Source: Candidatus Bathyarchaeum sp. (GTDB lineage: Archaea > Thermoproteota > Bathyarchaeia > Bathyarchaeales > Bathyarchaeaceae). From it: DNA of 33,787 nucleotides. The stretch is taken from contig JAOZIF010000042.1 of NCBI GenBank assembly GCA_026014495.1, positions 1 through 33,787 on the forward strand, read 5' to 3'. The position numbers and the translations under genes are program-made. The notes beneath the pieces were generated by a model. It was not told where the DNA came from. It saw only the letters and a list, made by a program, of their open reading frames with translations, and did no database searches. This document shows, in pieces, positions 9,379 through 17,342 of this stretch. Within the stretch, counting starts at the first letter, position 1, and each line of letters starts with the position of its first letter.

Positions 9379-10308
9379 CTACAGAATTTCTCCTACTACA
9401 TTGATGGGTTTGCGAATAAAAAAGGACAATTCGTCTAGTTTTTCTTTGCTCATTGTTGTTAGAACTACTGTAGCTGGTCCAGCGGACTTGTTTATGTCCA
9501 GTTCTGTGTTTTCACTCATTTTTAGCTGGCGCCCAATACTATACGCCAACATTTGCGCCTCCCTAATTATCCCAAACGACCCGACGGGCACAATGTCATG
9601 AATGAAACTTTTTCTAGCTAACGCGGTAACGTCTCTAAGATTAGCAATTTCTCCTCTAGCTTCTGCAGGAATTACTGCATCTCCAACTTTTGCTGTTCCT
9701 ATCGCAACTACCAAGTCGTTGGGTCTAGTTTTTCCAAGCCGCAGCTCGTCTTCGTTTGCTAGTCCAACAACTGTTATTCCTGCGCCAGTTTGTGTGGTTT
9801 CAAAATTTTCTTCTGTATTTTCCTTAATAACTTGGTTGGGTTCAAGCCCTAATTCTCTGACTTCTTTTCTTATTCCTTCAATTATTTCGTTTCCTGTGGG
9901 TTCTTTTTCTGTACCTAATGTAACTGACACCGAAATAGGGAACGCACCTGTAGCCGCAACATCCATTAATGCTACCCTTGCCAGAAACTTGCCCACAATT
10001 TTGCCGCTCGTCTTAATGTTATCCATTGGTTTGGGTCCAACTCCGCCCGACGAAGAAGACCCTACTACTATAGCGTGGCCTGTGGGCATTTTCATGATTG
10101 ACACGTCCCCGCGTGTTACGTATGAAATCTGAGATGGCTTCACTCTGAATGTTGTTGGTCTTAGTAGTGTTCCAACGTTTTCCACGAAGTGAATATAAAC
10201 AATTAATGCTTGGCGGATGACTTCCGATCTGCTAAGGTCATGTCTTTTGGCTAGTTTTTCTAAATCTTTCACAACTTTATTTGGTAAACGAACGTTTACA
10301 ACATTCAT
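9379..10308 (-). CDS. Ribbon-helix-helix DNA-binding domain fused to a degenerate CblS-like (PurM/AIR-synthase fold) domain; putative alpha-ribazole-responsive regulator
   Basis: Residues 1-40, MNVVNVRLPNKVVKDLEKLAKRHDLSRSEVIRQAL, match the CopG/NikR RHH pattern. The rest is colinear with the protein at 10916-11689 (GPKPMD, ARVALMD, EPTG, PAEARGEIA, PVGS, SAGPAT). SD GAGGTGA upstream. Confidence 0.85.
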   Translation of the reverse strand: MNVVNVRLPNKVVKDLEKLAKRHDLSRSEVIRQALIVYIHFVENVGTLLRPTTFRVKPSQISYVTRGDVSIMKMPTGHAIVVGSSSSGGVGPKPMDNIKTSGKIVGKFLARVALMDVAATGAFPISVSVTLGTEKEPTGNEIIEGIRKEVRELGLEPNQVIKENTEENFETTQTGAGITVVGLANEDELRLGKTRPNDLVVAIGTAKVGDAVIPAEARGEIANLRDVTALARKSFIHDIVPVGSFGIIREAQMLAYSIGRQLKMSENTELDINKSAGPATVVLTTMSKEKLDELSFFIRKPINVVGEIL

Positions 10309-10327
10309 TTCCCATCACCTCACACTA

Positions 10328-10344
10328 CACTTGTATTACATGTG
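10328..10344. promoter_or_regulatory. 17-bp imperfect palindrome CACTTGTA-T-TACATGTG; candidate RHH operator
   Basis: 7 of 8 arm positions pair. It abuts the + strand BRE/TATA-like GAAAACTCTTTTATTA (10344-10359) for cblT and lies between the promoter region and SD of the divergent RHH gene. Confidence 0.65.
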
Positions 10345-10403
10345 AAAACTCTTTTATTACTTACTTTTTCTCTTCATCGCTCTCTACAATGGAGACTTAA
10401 CAC

Positions 10404-10919
10404 ATGAATAAACAACAAAACATTAATTCTAAAAAAACAATCAGCGCCCTACGCGTTTCACGAATATCAATTTTCACAGCCCTTAGCGTTATCGGCTCTT
10501 TCATAACTCCATACCCTCCTCTATCCACGATAGCCCTCGACTCAAGTCCGGGCTTCTTTGCTGCACTATACTTTGGAGGGCTCGATGGATTTGTAATCAC
10601 TGGACTTGGGCACATAGTTACGGCAGTCATAAACGGTTTTCCTTTGGGAACCTTACACTACATTATTGCCCTAGGAATGGCTTTAGCCGGAGGAGCAATG
10701 GGTCTAGCAAACAAAACAAGCAAAAAATGGGGATACATACCCGCTGCCATTGTTGCAGTGGCAATTAACACGGCTCTTTCTATGGTTATGGTTCCTACGA
10801 TGGGCTGGGCTGTCACATTTACAGCTGTTACAGTTCCTTTATTGTTGGCATCTAGCCTAAATGCTATACTCGCAACGCTTGTCTATGTTGGTGTTAGAGC
10901 TAGAAGGCTTAGAAAATGA
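10404..10919 (+). CDS. cblT: ECF S-component, alpha-ribazole transporter CblT-like
   Basis: ALSVIGSFI...STIALDSSPGFFAAL...GHIVTAVINGFPLG...HYIIA matches the CblT pattern (IALDS.P, GH, GFPL). ATGA overlap with cblS. Confidence 0.75.
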   Translation: MNKQQNINSKKTISALRVSRISIFTALSVIGSFITPYPPLSTIALDSSPGFFAALYFGGLDGFVITGLGHIVTAVINGFPLGTLHYIIALGMALAGGAMGLANKTSKKWGYIPAAIVAVAINTALSMVMVPTMGWAVTFTAVTVPLLLASSLNAILATLVYVGVRARRLRK

Positions 10920-11689
10920 CCCAAAGCTGCTTTCAACCAAAAGCCATCAAAACTGCTCGTGATGTCTCAGTTTTTGAGGTCAACTCTGATTCCGTTATAG
11001 TTGTGGGATGTGACTCTGCTGGCGGAATCGGACCAAAACCTCTAGACACAATCAAAGTTAGTGGATACACTCTGGGAAGGTTCACTGCTAGAGTGGCTTT
11101 AATGGAGGTTTTCGCTGTTGGGGCAACTCCTTTTTGTTTAACTAATACCTTAGGTGTTGAACCTGACCCAACTGGATTTGAAATTGTTGAAGGCATAAAG
11201 CATGAGGTCAAACTTGCAGGATTGGAAGCATCCTTGACTTTAATTGGGAGCATGGAAAAAACTGTAGCTGTTGAGCAAACTGGGATTGGAGTAACTGTTG
11301 CTGGTTTAACCTCAAAAAAAGGTTTGAAGATGGGATTGTCTAAGCCTGACGATTTGCTTGTCACTATTGGAATTCCAAGTGTAAAAGATGGTGTTTTGCC
11401 TGCGGAAGAACGTGGTGAGATTGCAGACTTGGAAGATGTGCTAAAGTTGATAAACTGCGACTTTGTGCATGATGTGATTCCTGTTGGCTCCCAAGGCATA
11501 CTTCATGAAGTAAATGTGCTTGCCAAAGATTGTGGTTTATGTGCTAACTTGCAATTGTCTAATGTTGAAGCTAAAATGTCTGCAGGTCCAGCAACAGCGG
11601 TTGTAGTGTCTGTTTCAAAAACTGCTTTAACCGAACTTTCTGGCTTAATTAATAAGCCAATACGTGTGATTGGCTCTTTTTGTAGTTAA
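10916..11689 (+). CDS. cblS: Alpha-ribazole kinase CblS-like (AIR-synthase-related fold)
   Basis: RDVSV, VVGCDSAGGIGPKPLD, GRFTARVALMEV, EPDPTG, GSMEK, QTGIGVTV, IPVGSQG, SAGPAT; translationally coupled to cblT. Confidence 0.8.
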   Translation: MTQSCFQPKAIKTARDVSVFEVNSDSVIVVGCDSAGGIGPKPLDTIKVSGYTLGRFTARVALMEVFAVGATPFCLTNTLGVEPDPTGFEIVEGIKHEVKLAGLEASLTLIGSMEKTVAVEQTGIGVTVAGLTSKKGLKMGLSKPDDLLVTIGIPSVKDGVLPAEERGEIADLEDVLKLINCDFVHDVIPVGSQGILHEVNVLAKDCGLCANLQLSNVEAKMSAGPATAVVVSVSKTALTELSGLINKPIRVIGSFCS

Positions 11690-12030
11690 TCGGTTGAAAT
11701 AGCAGTTTTTGAGGCTTTGTTGTCAACTGTTGCCCATTTTTGTACCTAATTTTAGTGTCTAATTTTTGCCTGTTTTGTCATCTTTGTGGCAATATTTGCT
11801 TCTGTTTTACGCAAATTTCTTGAATTGGTGGCCCTCTCATCAATGAAAAGGCACTGAAATCTCAAAAAACATATTATGTTGGTGTATCTGAAAGACTTAA
11901 CAAACCTTTTAGGTAAAACTGTTGTTAGTAGCTGTTTACTCACGTAACTAATGGAGCATGATTTTTAGTCACTCAAAATCTGAATTTCGTGCTTCTTTAC
12001 GTGCTAATGGTCTAAAGAAGGAAAACAAAA

Positions 12031-12333
12031 ATGCGAAGATCAAAGATGGAAATGTATATCGACATCCTCAAGGTTATGGCACAAAATGGACCTATGAAAT
12101 TAACTCACATCATGTACAAAGCTAACGTAAACTGCAGTGTTTTAAAAGGAAACTTGGATTTTCTAACTCAACAGAACCTGATCGAGGAACAGGTCATAGT
12201 TAAGAGAAGAAACAAAACAAAAATCCGTTATGCAATCACAGAAAAAGGCAGAACAGTAATCAAATACTTCAACGAAGTCAATAATGCTCTGCACATTACT
12301 GAAGAACATGGTATCCCCGCGTTGATTCGCTAA
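12031..12333 (+). CDS. Winged helix-turn-helix protein (archaeal 'RRSK.EI..DIL' family)
   Basis: MRRSKMEMYIDIL...THIMYKANVN...L..L....LI...YAITEKG. Confidence 0.9.
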   Translation: MRRSKMEMYIDILKVMAQNGPMKLTHIMYKANVNCSVLKGNLDFLTQQNLIEEQVIVKRRNKTKIRYAITEKGRTVIKYFNEVNNALHITEEHGIPALIR

Positions 12334-12357
12334 AAAGCTAAACCTTATTTTTTTGGT

Positions 12358-12381
12358 TTTAAGCGCACATACGCGCTTAAA
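12358..12381. terminator. Hairpin between convergent genes (possible bidirectional terminator)
   Basis: TTTAAGCGC-acatac-GCGCTTAAA forms a perfect 9-bp stem, preceded by a T-run, and overlaps the stop codon of the PKD gene. Confidence 0.4.
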
Positions 12382-13819
12382 CAGCAGGGTCTTCTGACCC
12401 TGTAAACATTTCTGTAAAGCCTTTTCTTCGACGATTCCACCAAAGCATACCCAACAATGTGATAGCCGCAATTGCAATCACTACTATTCCTAATATCCAT
12501 AACGAAGTTGAATCATCAATTTTGGGTTGTTCAGTAACTGAGATGCTCATAGTGTATGTGCTTGTTGCGTTTTCGTCATCTTTCACTGTTAATGTTACGT
12601 TGTAGTCTCCTGCAGTTACGTATTTGTGGGTTGGAGCTTGGAGTTCAGACGTGTTGCCATCGCCGAAATCCCAGAACCATGAGATTGACATGTTTTCTGG
12701 GTCAACCGAGTTATCTGTAAACTGTATGTCGGTGTCTGTTTGAGCATCTGAGATGTTGCACTCAAAAGATGCTTCTGGCTGTAGGTTTATCACATTTAGG
12801 GTGTGAGTTACTGACGTTTCTGCTTCATCATTGTCCGTAACTGTTAGTGTTACTTGCCATTCCCCTTTTTGGCTGAATGTGTGAGTTGGATTTTGTAGTG
12901 TTGAATTTGTACCATCACCAAAATCCCAGACCCAGGAATTTATTGTTCCATCAGAATCGAATGATGTGTCAGTGATGTTTACTGTGTCTTGGATGCTTGG
13001 GTTAGTTAAAGAAAATGTAAAGTTAGCTATTGGGCTTCTGTTAAGAACGTTAACGCGGCATGTATCCTCGGATGTCGCGCCTATGCTGTCAGTTACAATT
13101 AATTTGCATGTTTTGATTCCTTTCTGAGTATAGGTGTATGATACATTTTCTCCATTGGCGTCTATAACACCGTCGTTTTCAAAGTCCCACTCAAACTTAA
13201 CGATAGATGAGCCTTCTGAAGCTGTCGAAAATGTGCCCTCAAAGTTCACTTCTTCACTTGTGTAGACTGTTTGGTCTGCACCTGCATTGGCGAGCGGAGA
13301 ATCATAATTATCAAAAATGTCAAACCATAGATTTGTGTCATTTTCATCTGGTTGTTCGCTTCCATCGTGTTCGCCTGACGTTTTATAGTACTCTGCATCT
13401 GTGACTGTTTCATCGCCGCCCAACGCATTTGTCGCAATGTTGTATGTGCATTCAAAAGATGTTTCTGGACTACCACTGACATCTGCAATTTCATTCGATT
13501 TGTACACTGTTATTGTGATAACCACGTTTTGTTCTTCGATATTGAATGAGTCTGCTCGGTCAACTATGATGTCATCGCCAGTTTTGTCGCAGATATACTC
13601 GTTTGTTATCGATGTTTTGTCATCGTTTACTGTGATTTTATATTTCCAGTGAATGTTGTTTTGAGGAACAGTTCCGCTGTCATCAACGCTTTGGATTCTG
13701 TAAATTTTTACCCATATTGTCGGAGTATTTTCAACTGCGGCGACAGTGTATGTAAATATTCCTAAACTAAGAATGCTCGATAGCATTATTGTTAGTGCAA
13801 TTTGTTTTGTTCTTTTCAT
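12377..13819 (-). CDS. Secreted, C-terminally anchored cell-surface protein with three PKD domains
   Basis: N-terminal signal peptide; three repeats of W.WDF(E/G)DG...P.H.(Y/F)...G...V.LTV.D; C-terminal TM helix followed by RRRK. Confidence 0.9.
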   Translation of the reverse strand: MKRTKQIALTIMLSSILSLGIFTYTVAAVENTPTIWVKIYRIQSVDDSGTVPQNNIHWKYKITVNDDKTSITNEYICDKTGDDIIVDRADSFNIEEQNVVITITVYKSNEIADVSGSPETSFECTYNIATNALGGDETVTDAEYYKTSGEHDGSEQPDENDTNLWFDIFDNYDSPLANAGADQTVYTSEEVNFEGTFSTASEGSSIVKFEWDFENDGVIDANGENVSYTYTQKGIKTCKLIVTDSIGATSEDTCRVNVLNRSPIANFTFSLTNPSIQDTVNITDTSFDSDGTINSWVWDFGDGTNSTLQNPTHTFSQKGEWQVTLTVTDNDEAETSVTHTLNVINLQPEASFECNISDAQTDTDIQFTDNSVDPENMSISWFWDFGDGNTSELQAPTHKYVTAGDYNVTLTVKDDENATSTYTMSISVTEQPKIDDSTSLWILGIVVIAIAAITLLGMLWWNRRRKGFTEMFTGSEDPAV

Positions 13820-14029
13820 TTCTTTACGCCTCAGAATTTGAGCTGACTATGTTTACATGTCCTAAATATTGATATAACTTTTATGATATGCACGTTTTCA
13901 TTATAATTTATGAATATACATTAAATGCTATTATGAAATATATATTATTTAATAAATACAATTTAATAGAATTAATGATGACAAAAACATGAAAAAAAGA
14001 GAGGGATTTTTAGTCCACATGGATTAGTC

Positions 14030-15721
14030 TTAGTCTGTTTCAGATACTTTGCTTATTCTAAGCATTATCCCCGCAACAATTTTGATTGCCGCTGCAACAA
14101 TGAACATGTACGAGCCAATAGCTAAGCCCCAGCTTATGTCTAGAGTTCCACTGGAATTGATTGTATCCATAAAGTTGCCCCCAAATGGTGAAGCTGACAT
14201 TGCTGATACCATATCTGTTACTTGTTGCGGTAATGGTTGTCCTCCAGAAAAGGCATCTGCAAATGATGTTATCAGTCCAGTCAACATGGCTATGAATATT
14301 ATTATGATTATTATTGGAATCAGCGAAGTGATGCCGCTTATTATGTATTTTCTTGAGAGGTTCTTTGGTTTTTCAGCTCCAATGATGTCTAAGCCTGTCA
14401 TTACGGCACTTGCTAGAAAGATTATGCTGAAAGGTATTCCTAATCCAAACAGTGTGGTTAACCCTTGGTCGCTTTGTAGTGTATTGATTCTTAGTCCGTT
14501 AACACCGTCGATAAGCACCAGTTCTGCTGTTCCTGCTGTCTTGATTACTGTTGTTTGAATGTCTCCTGTAACCACGTACCACGGCAAGAAAAGTGCAACA
14601 AGGTAAACTGCAACGCCGACAATTCCTAGAATTACGGCAATCGCTGATTTTGAGCGCAATATTTTGATTATGTTCAAGTTTCCCTTTCTTTTTAGATTAA
14701 TAATCTTCCAAATCTTGTAGCCTGCAATGGCTGCGATTATTGCTGCAAATATGTAGATGAAATAGAATACCACTAAGCTGGCGGTGAGCCATGTTTGGTC
14801 TACTACAAACTTGTCTGTTCCCCAACTTACTGGGTTTAACCATTTTTCTGCATTTTCGTTTTGTCCTGGTCCGCTTGGACCTGCTGCGCCCATGTATGTG
14901 TCTATTGTGTTAGCCCAGTTTCCCCATTTTCCTCCAAAGTCTAGCCAGTCTTGGGATGCTGGATGGTTGCCTGTGCCCTTTTCTCCTAAAAGCACTATCT
15001 CTACGTCTTCTGGTTTAAGTGCATAAGCATTCCCCAGTGTATCACTTTCTGTTCCAAGTTTACCCTGATACGACCTAAAGTAGCTGGCATGGGAACCCAA
15101 CGCCACATAAACTGTCGGGTGTGTGTCATCTACCGTTTCTATATCTTGCCATTCAGCCATTTCTCCTGCGTGGTGCTGTGAATAAACTGCGTATAGAGGG
15201 GTTTCAGTTGAATCTAATACTACTTGAATCATTTCCCAGTCTCCTTGGTGCTGGTTTAATGTTCCTGGGTTGTAGGCGTAGAAGAACCAGTACTGAATTA
15301 CAATGTATTGGGCTTCACTTGTTATGTGGGCATAAATTTTGTCTCCGTAGGCTTCGCGGTTTTGTGTATAATCTTGTGCTATTTCTTTATAGCCGCCCAA
15401 AGTGTTGTTCAAGAAGTAGTCTTCTGTTGTATATTGTGAGATGCTTGATTGCGTTGGTGAACTCTCAATTAATGTATTTATTTCGCCGACTTTCATGTAA
15501 AGCTCAGAGTTTTCTATATGATAATTGACGTCAGTGGGGAAGAATTTTTCTCCAGCTGCAAAATAGAGGACTGGCGCATACATTGAAGCTAGTTGATTCT
15601 CTTTTGAATCTACTATTCCATCATTGTCTGAATCCTCTTGGGCTATAACACTAGTAATTGGAGATATGGCAAATAACCCTGTTACTAGAAGAGCTAATAG
15701 TAAAATTGCACATTTTCTCAT
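14030..15721 (-). CDS. Membrane protein with an extracellular Vps62-like domain and a multi-pass C-terminal region
   Basis: Signal peptide, DSDNDGIVD Ca-loop-like motif, then YAPVLYF..GEKFFP, IQYWFFYAYN, HQGDWE, YSQH, HPTVYVALGSHASY, GGKWG, GPSGP; about five hydrophobic helices follow. Confidence 0.75.
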   Translation of the reverse strand: MRKCAILLLALLVTGLFAISPITSVIAQEDSDNDGIVDSKENQLASMYAPVLYFAAGEKFFPTDVNYHIENSELYMKVGEINTLIESSPTQSSISQYTTEDYFLNNTLGGYKEIAQDYTQNREAYGDKIYAHITSEAQYIVIQYWFFYAYNPGTLNQHQGDWEMIQVVLDSTETPLYAVYSQHHAGEMAEWQDIETVDDTHPTVYVALGSHASYFRSYQGKLGTESDTLGNAYALKPEDVEIVLLGEKGTGNHPASQDWLDFGGKWGNWANTIDTYMGAAGPSGPGQNENAEKWLNPVSWGTDKFVVDQTWLTASLVVFYFIYIFAAIIAAIAGYKIWKIINLKRKGNLNIIKILRSKSAIAVILGIVGVAVYLVALFLPWYVVTGDIQTTVIKTAGTAELVLIDGVNGLRINTLQSDQGLTTLFGLGIPFSIIFLASAVMTGLDIIGAEKPKNLSRKYIISGITSLIPIIIIIIFIAMLTGLITSFADAFSGGQPLPQQVTDMVSAMSASPFGGNFMDTINSSGTLDISWGLAIGSYMFIVAAAIKIVAGIMLRISKVSETD

Positions 15722-15775
15722 AATTGTATCACCATAAATTCTTTCAACCGTTTAGTCTCTTTTTGCCTATAAGTT

Positions 15776-15991
15776 TTAGCTAGCTACAATTGTTTGCTCT
15801 TCAATGGTTGTCTGCTTTTTTCTTTTCATTAGGCGTGGACTAAAATAAACAAAGATTGCAATGACTGTTAGGACAATTGCGAATGGTGTTATCCAGTCAT
15901 ACCTTAAGAGCCTATTCAGTAGGAGTAACGCAACTACAAACCAAACAATAATTGCTGCAACTGTTCTAACATGCAACTGTCTGTTCCTCAC
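15776..15991 (-). CDS. Small two-TM membrane protein, unknown function
   Basis: Two clear hydrophobic helices with a basic C-terminal tail; GTG start; same strand and directly upstream of the Vps62-like gene. Confidence 0.6.
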   Translation of the reverse strand: MRNRQLHVRTVAAIIVWFVVALLLLNRLLRYDWITPFAIVLTVIAIFVYFSPRLMKRKKQTTIEEQTIVAS

Positions 15992-16181
15992 TCACATCTG
16001 TTAATCATTATTCTGCTATAACTGTTCTCAATTTTTGGTAGTCAGGGTTCTGAATGTTTATTCATTTTTTCAAGTTATTCTGGTGTTAGTATTGATATAT
16101 ACCTATACATACTATTAATTAAAGAAAAACTTAATCTAAGCGAACATTAGATTTTGTCGAAAGGATTACGAAAATAAGCTG

Positions 16182-17327
16182 ATGATTATGAGCGATGAGA
16201 ACAATGAACGTGCAGTAATCAGGGGTCTTAGGGGTGTTGCTGCAGCTACAACACAAATTAGTTTTGTAGATCCACTTGGAGCACTTTATTATTCAGGCTA
16301 TAACATCGACGATTTAGTGGATAATGCAACATATGAAGAAGTAGTTTACCTTTTGTTAAACAACAAATTGCCTACACAAACAGAGCTAACTAACCTCCAG
16401 TCTAAACTTTTCTCTGAAATGAGGCTACCTAAGCAAGTTGTTGAACGAATAAAATCGGCTTCGCCTACTTGTCATCCAATGGAAATTTTGCGCACCGAAG
16501 TTTCTCATCTTGGAGAATTTGACCCTGACCCAGACAATACTTCTGATTCGGCAAACAAACAAAGAGCAATTAGTATAATATCTAAAGTTCCTACAATAAT
16601 CTCGTTTCTCCACAGAACCCGCACAAAACAAGAGGCTGTTGCTCCTGTTAAGGGCTTTAGTTTTGCTGAGAACTTTTTGTACATGTTTCGTGGCAGACCA
16701 GCAGACCAGCAAGAAAAAAATGCTATGGAACGCTACATGATACTGCATGCGGATCATGGACTTAATGCTTCAACTTTTGCTGCTCGTGTGACCGCCGGAA
16801 CGGGTTCTGACTTGTATTCTGCTGTAACTTCTGCTGTTGGTACGCTTAAGGGCTCATTTCATGGTGGAGCTAGCGAGAGGGTGATGAAGATGCTCTATGA
16901 AATAAACAGTCTCGATGAAGTTGAGGAATACATACAGACCATGCTTGATGACAAAAAGAAAATCATGGGCTTTGGTCATAGGGTCTATAAATCTGAAGAT
17001 CCCCGTTCAAAACATCTTAGAGAAATGGCTGAAAGTTTGTGCCACCAAAAAGACACTTTGTCTATTTATAATAAATGTAAAAAAATTGAGCTTACAGTTC
17101 ACGATAAAAAGGGCATTTTTCCTAATGTGGACTTTTATGCGGCATTAGTTATGCACGCTTTGGGAGTGCCCCGAGACTTCTTTACATCATTCTTTGCTTG
17201 TAGCAGAGTAAGTGGATGGGTTGCCCATACTTTAGAGCAGTATGTAGATGCGATTCTTATTCGTCCAACATCCAAGTATATCGGCGAGTATGGAAGAGAG
17301 TTTGTTCCAATCGAAAAACGCAGCTAA
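16182..17327 (+). CDS. Si-type citrate synthase / 2-methylcitrate synthase family
   Basis: GLRGV, LYYSGY, LHADHGLNASTFAARV, HGGA, MGFGHRVYKSEDPR, FPNVDFY, RVSGWVAH, RP...Y.G. Start at ATG 16182 or 16188. Confidence 0.93.
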   Translation: MIMSDENNERAVIRGLRGVAAATTQISFVDPLGALYYSGYNIDDLVDNATYEEVVYLLLNNKLPTQTELTNLQSKLFSEMRLPKQVVERIKSASPTCHPMEILRTEVSHLGEFDPDPDNTSDSANKQRAISIISKVPTIISFLHRTRTKQEAVAPVKGFSFAENFLYMFRGRPADQQEKNAMERYMILHADHGLNASTFAARVTAGTGSDLYSAVTSAVGTLKGSFHGGASERVMKMLYEINSLDEVEEYIQTMLDDKKKIMGFGHRVYKSEDPRSKHLREMAESLCHQKDTLSIYNKCKKIELTVHDKKGIFPNVDFYAALVMHALGVPRDFFTSFFACSRVSGWVAHTLEQYVDAILIRPTSKYIGEYGREFVPIEKRS

Positions 17328-17342
17328 ATGTTACGGCACAAT

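Noticed and set aside
11690-12030. 63-aa minus-strand ORF (11752-11943), or a cobalamin riboswitch/ncRNA after cblS
   Set aside because: The ORF has no recognisable motif or SD, and the region has no GC-rich stems or B12-box. A weak ACGT..CTAATGG duplication (11942, 11999) is too short to support.
14145-14158. ORB-like sequence (minus strand ATTCCAGTGGAAC) about 170 bp from the very AT-rich spacer, suggesting a replication origin
   Set aside because: Single copy, inside a coding region (INSSGTLD), with no G-string and no cdc6/orc1 gene nearby.
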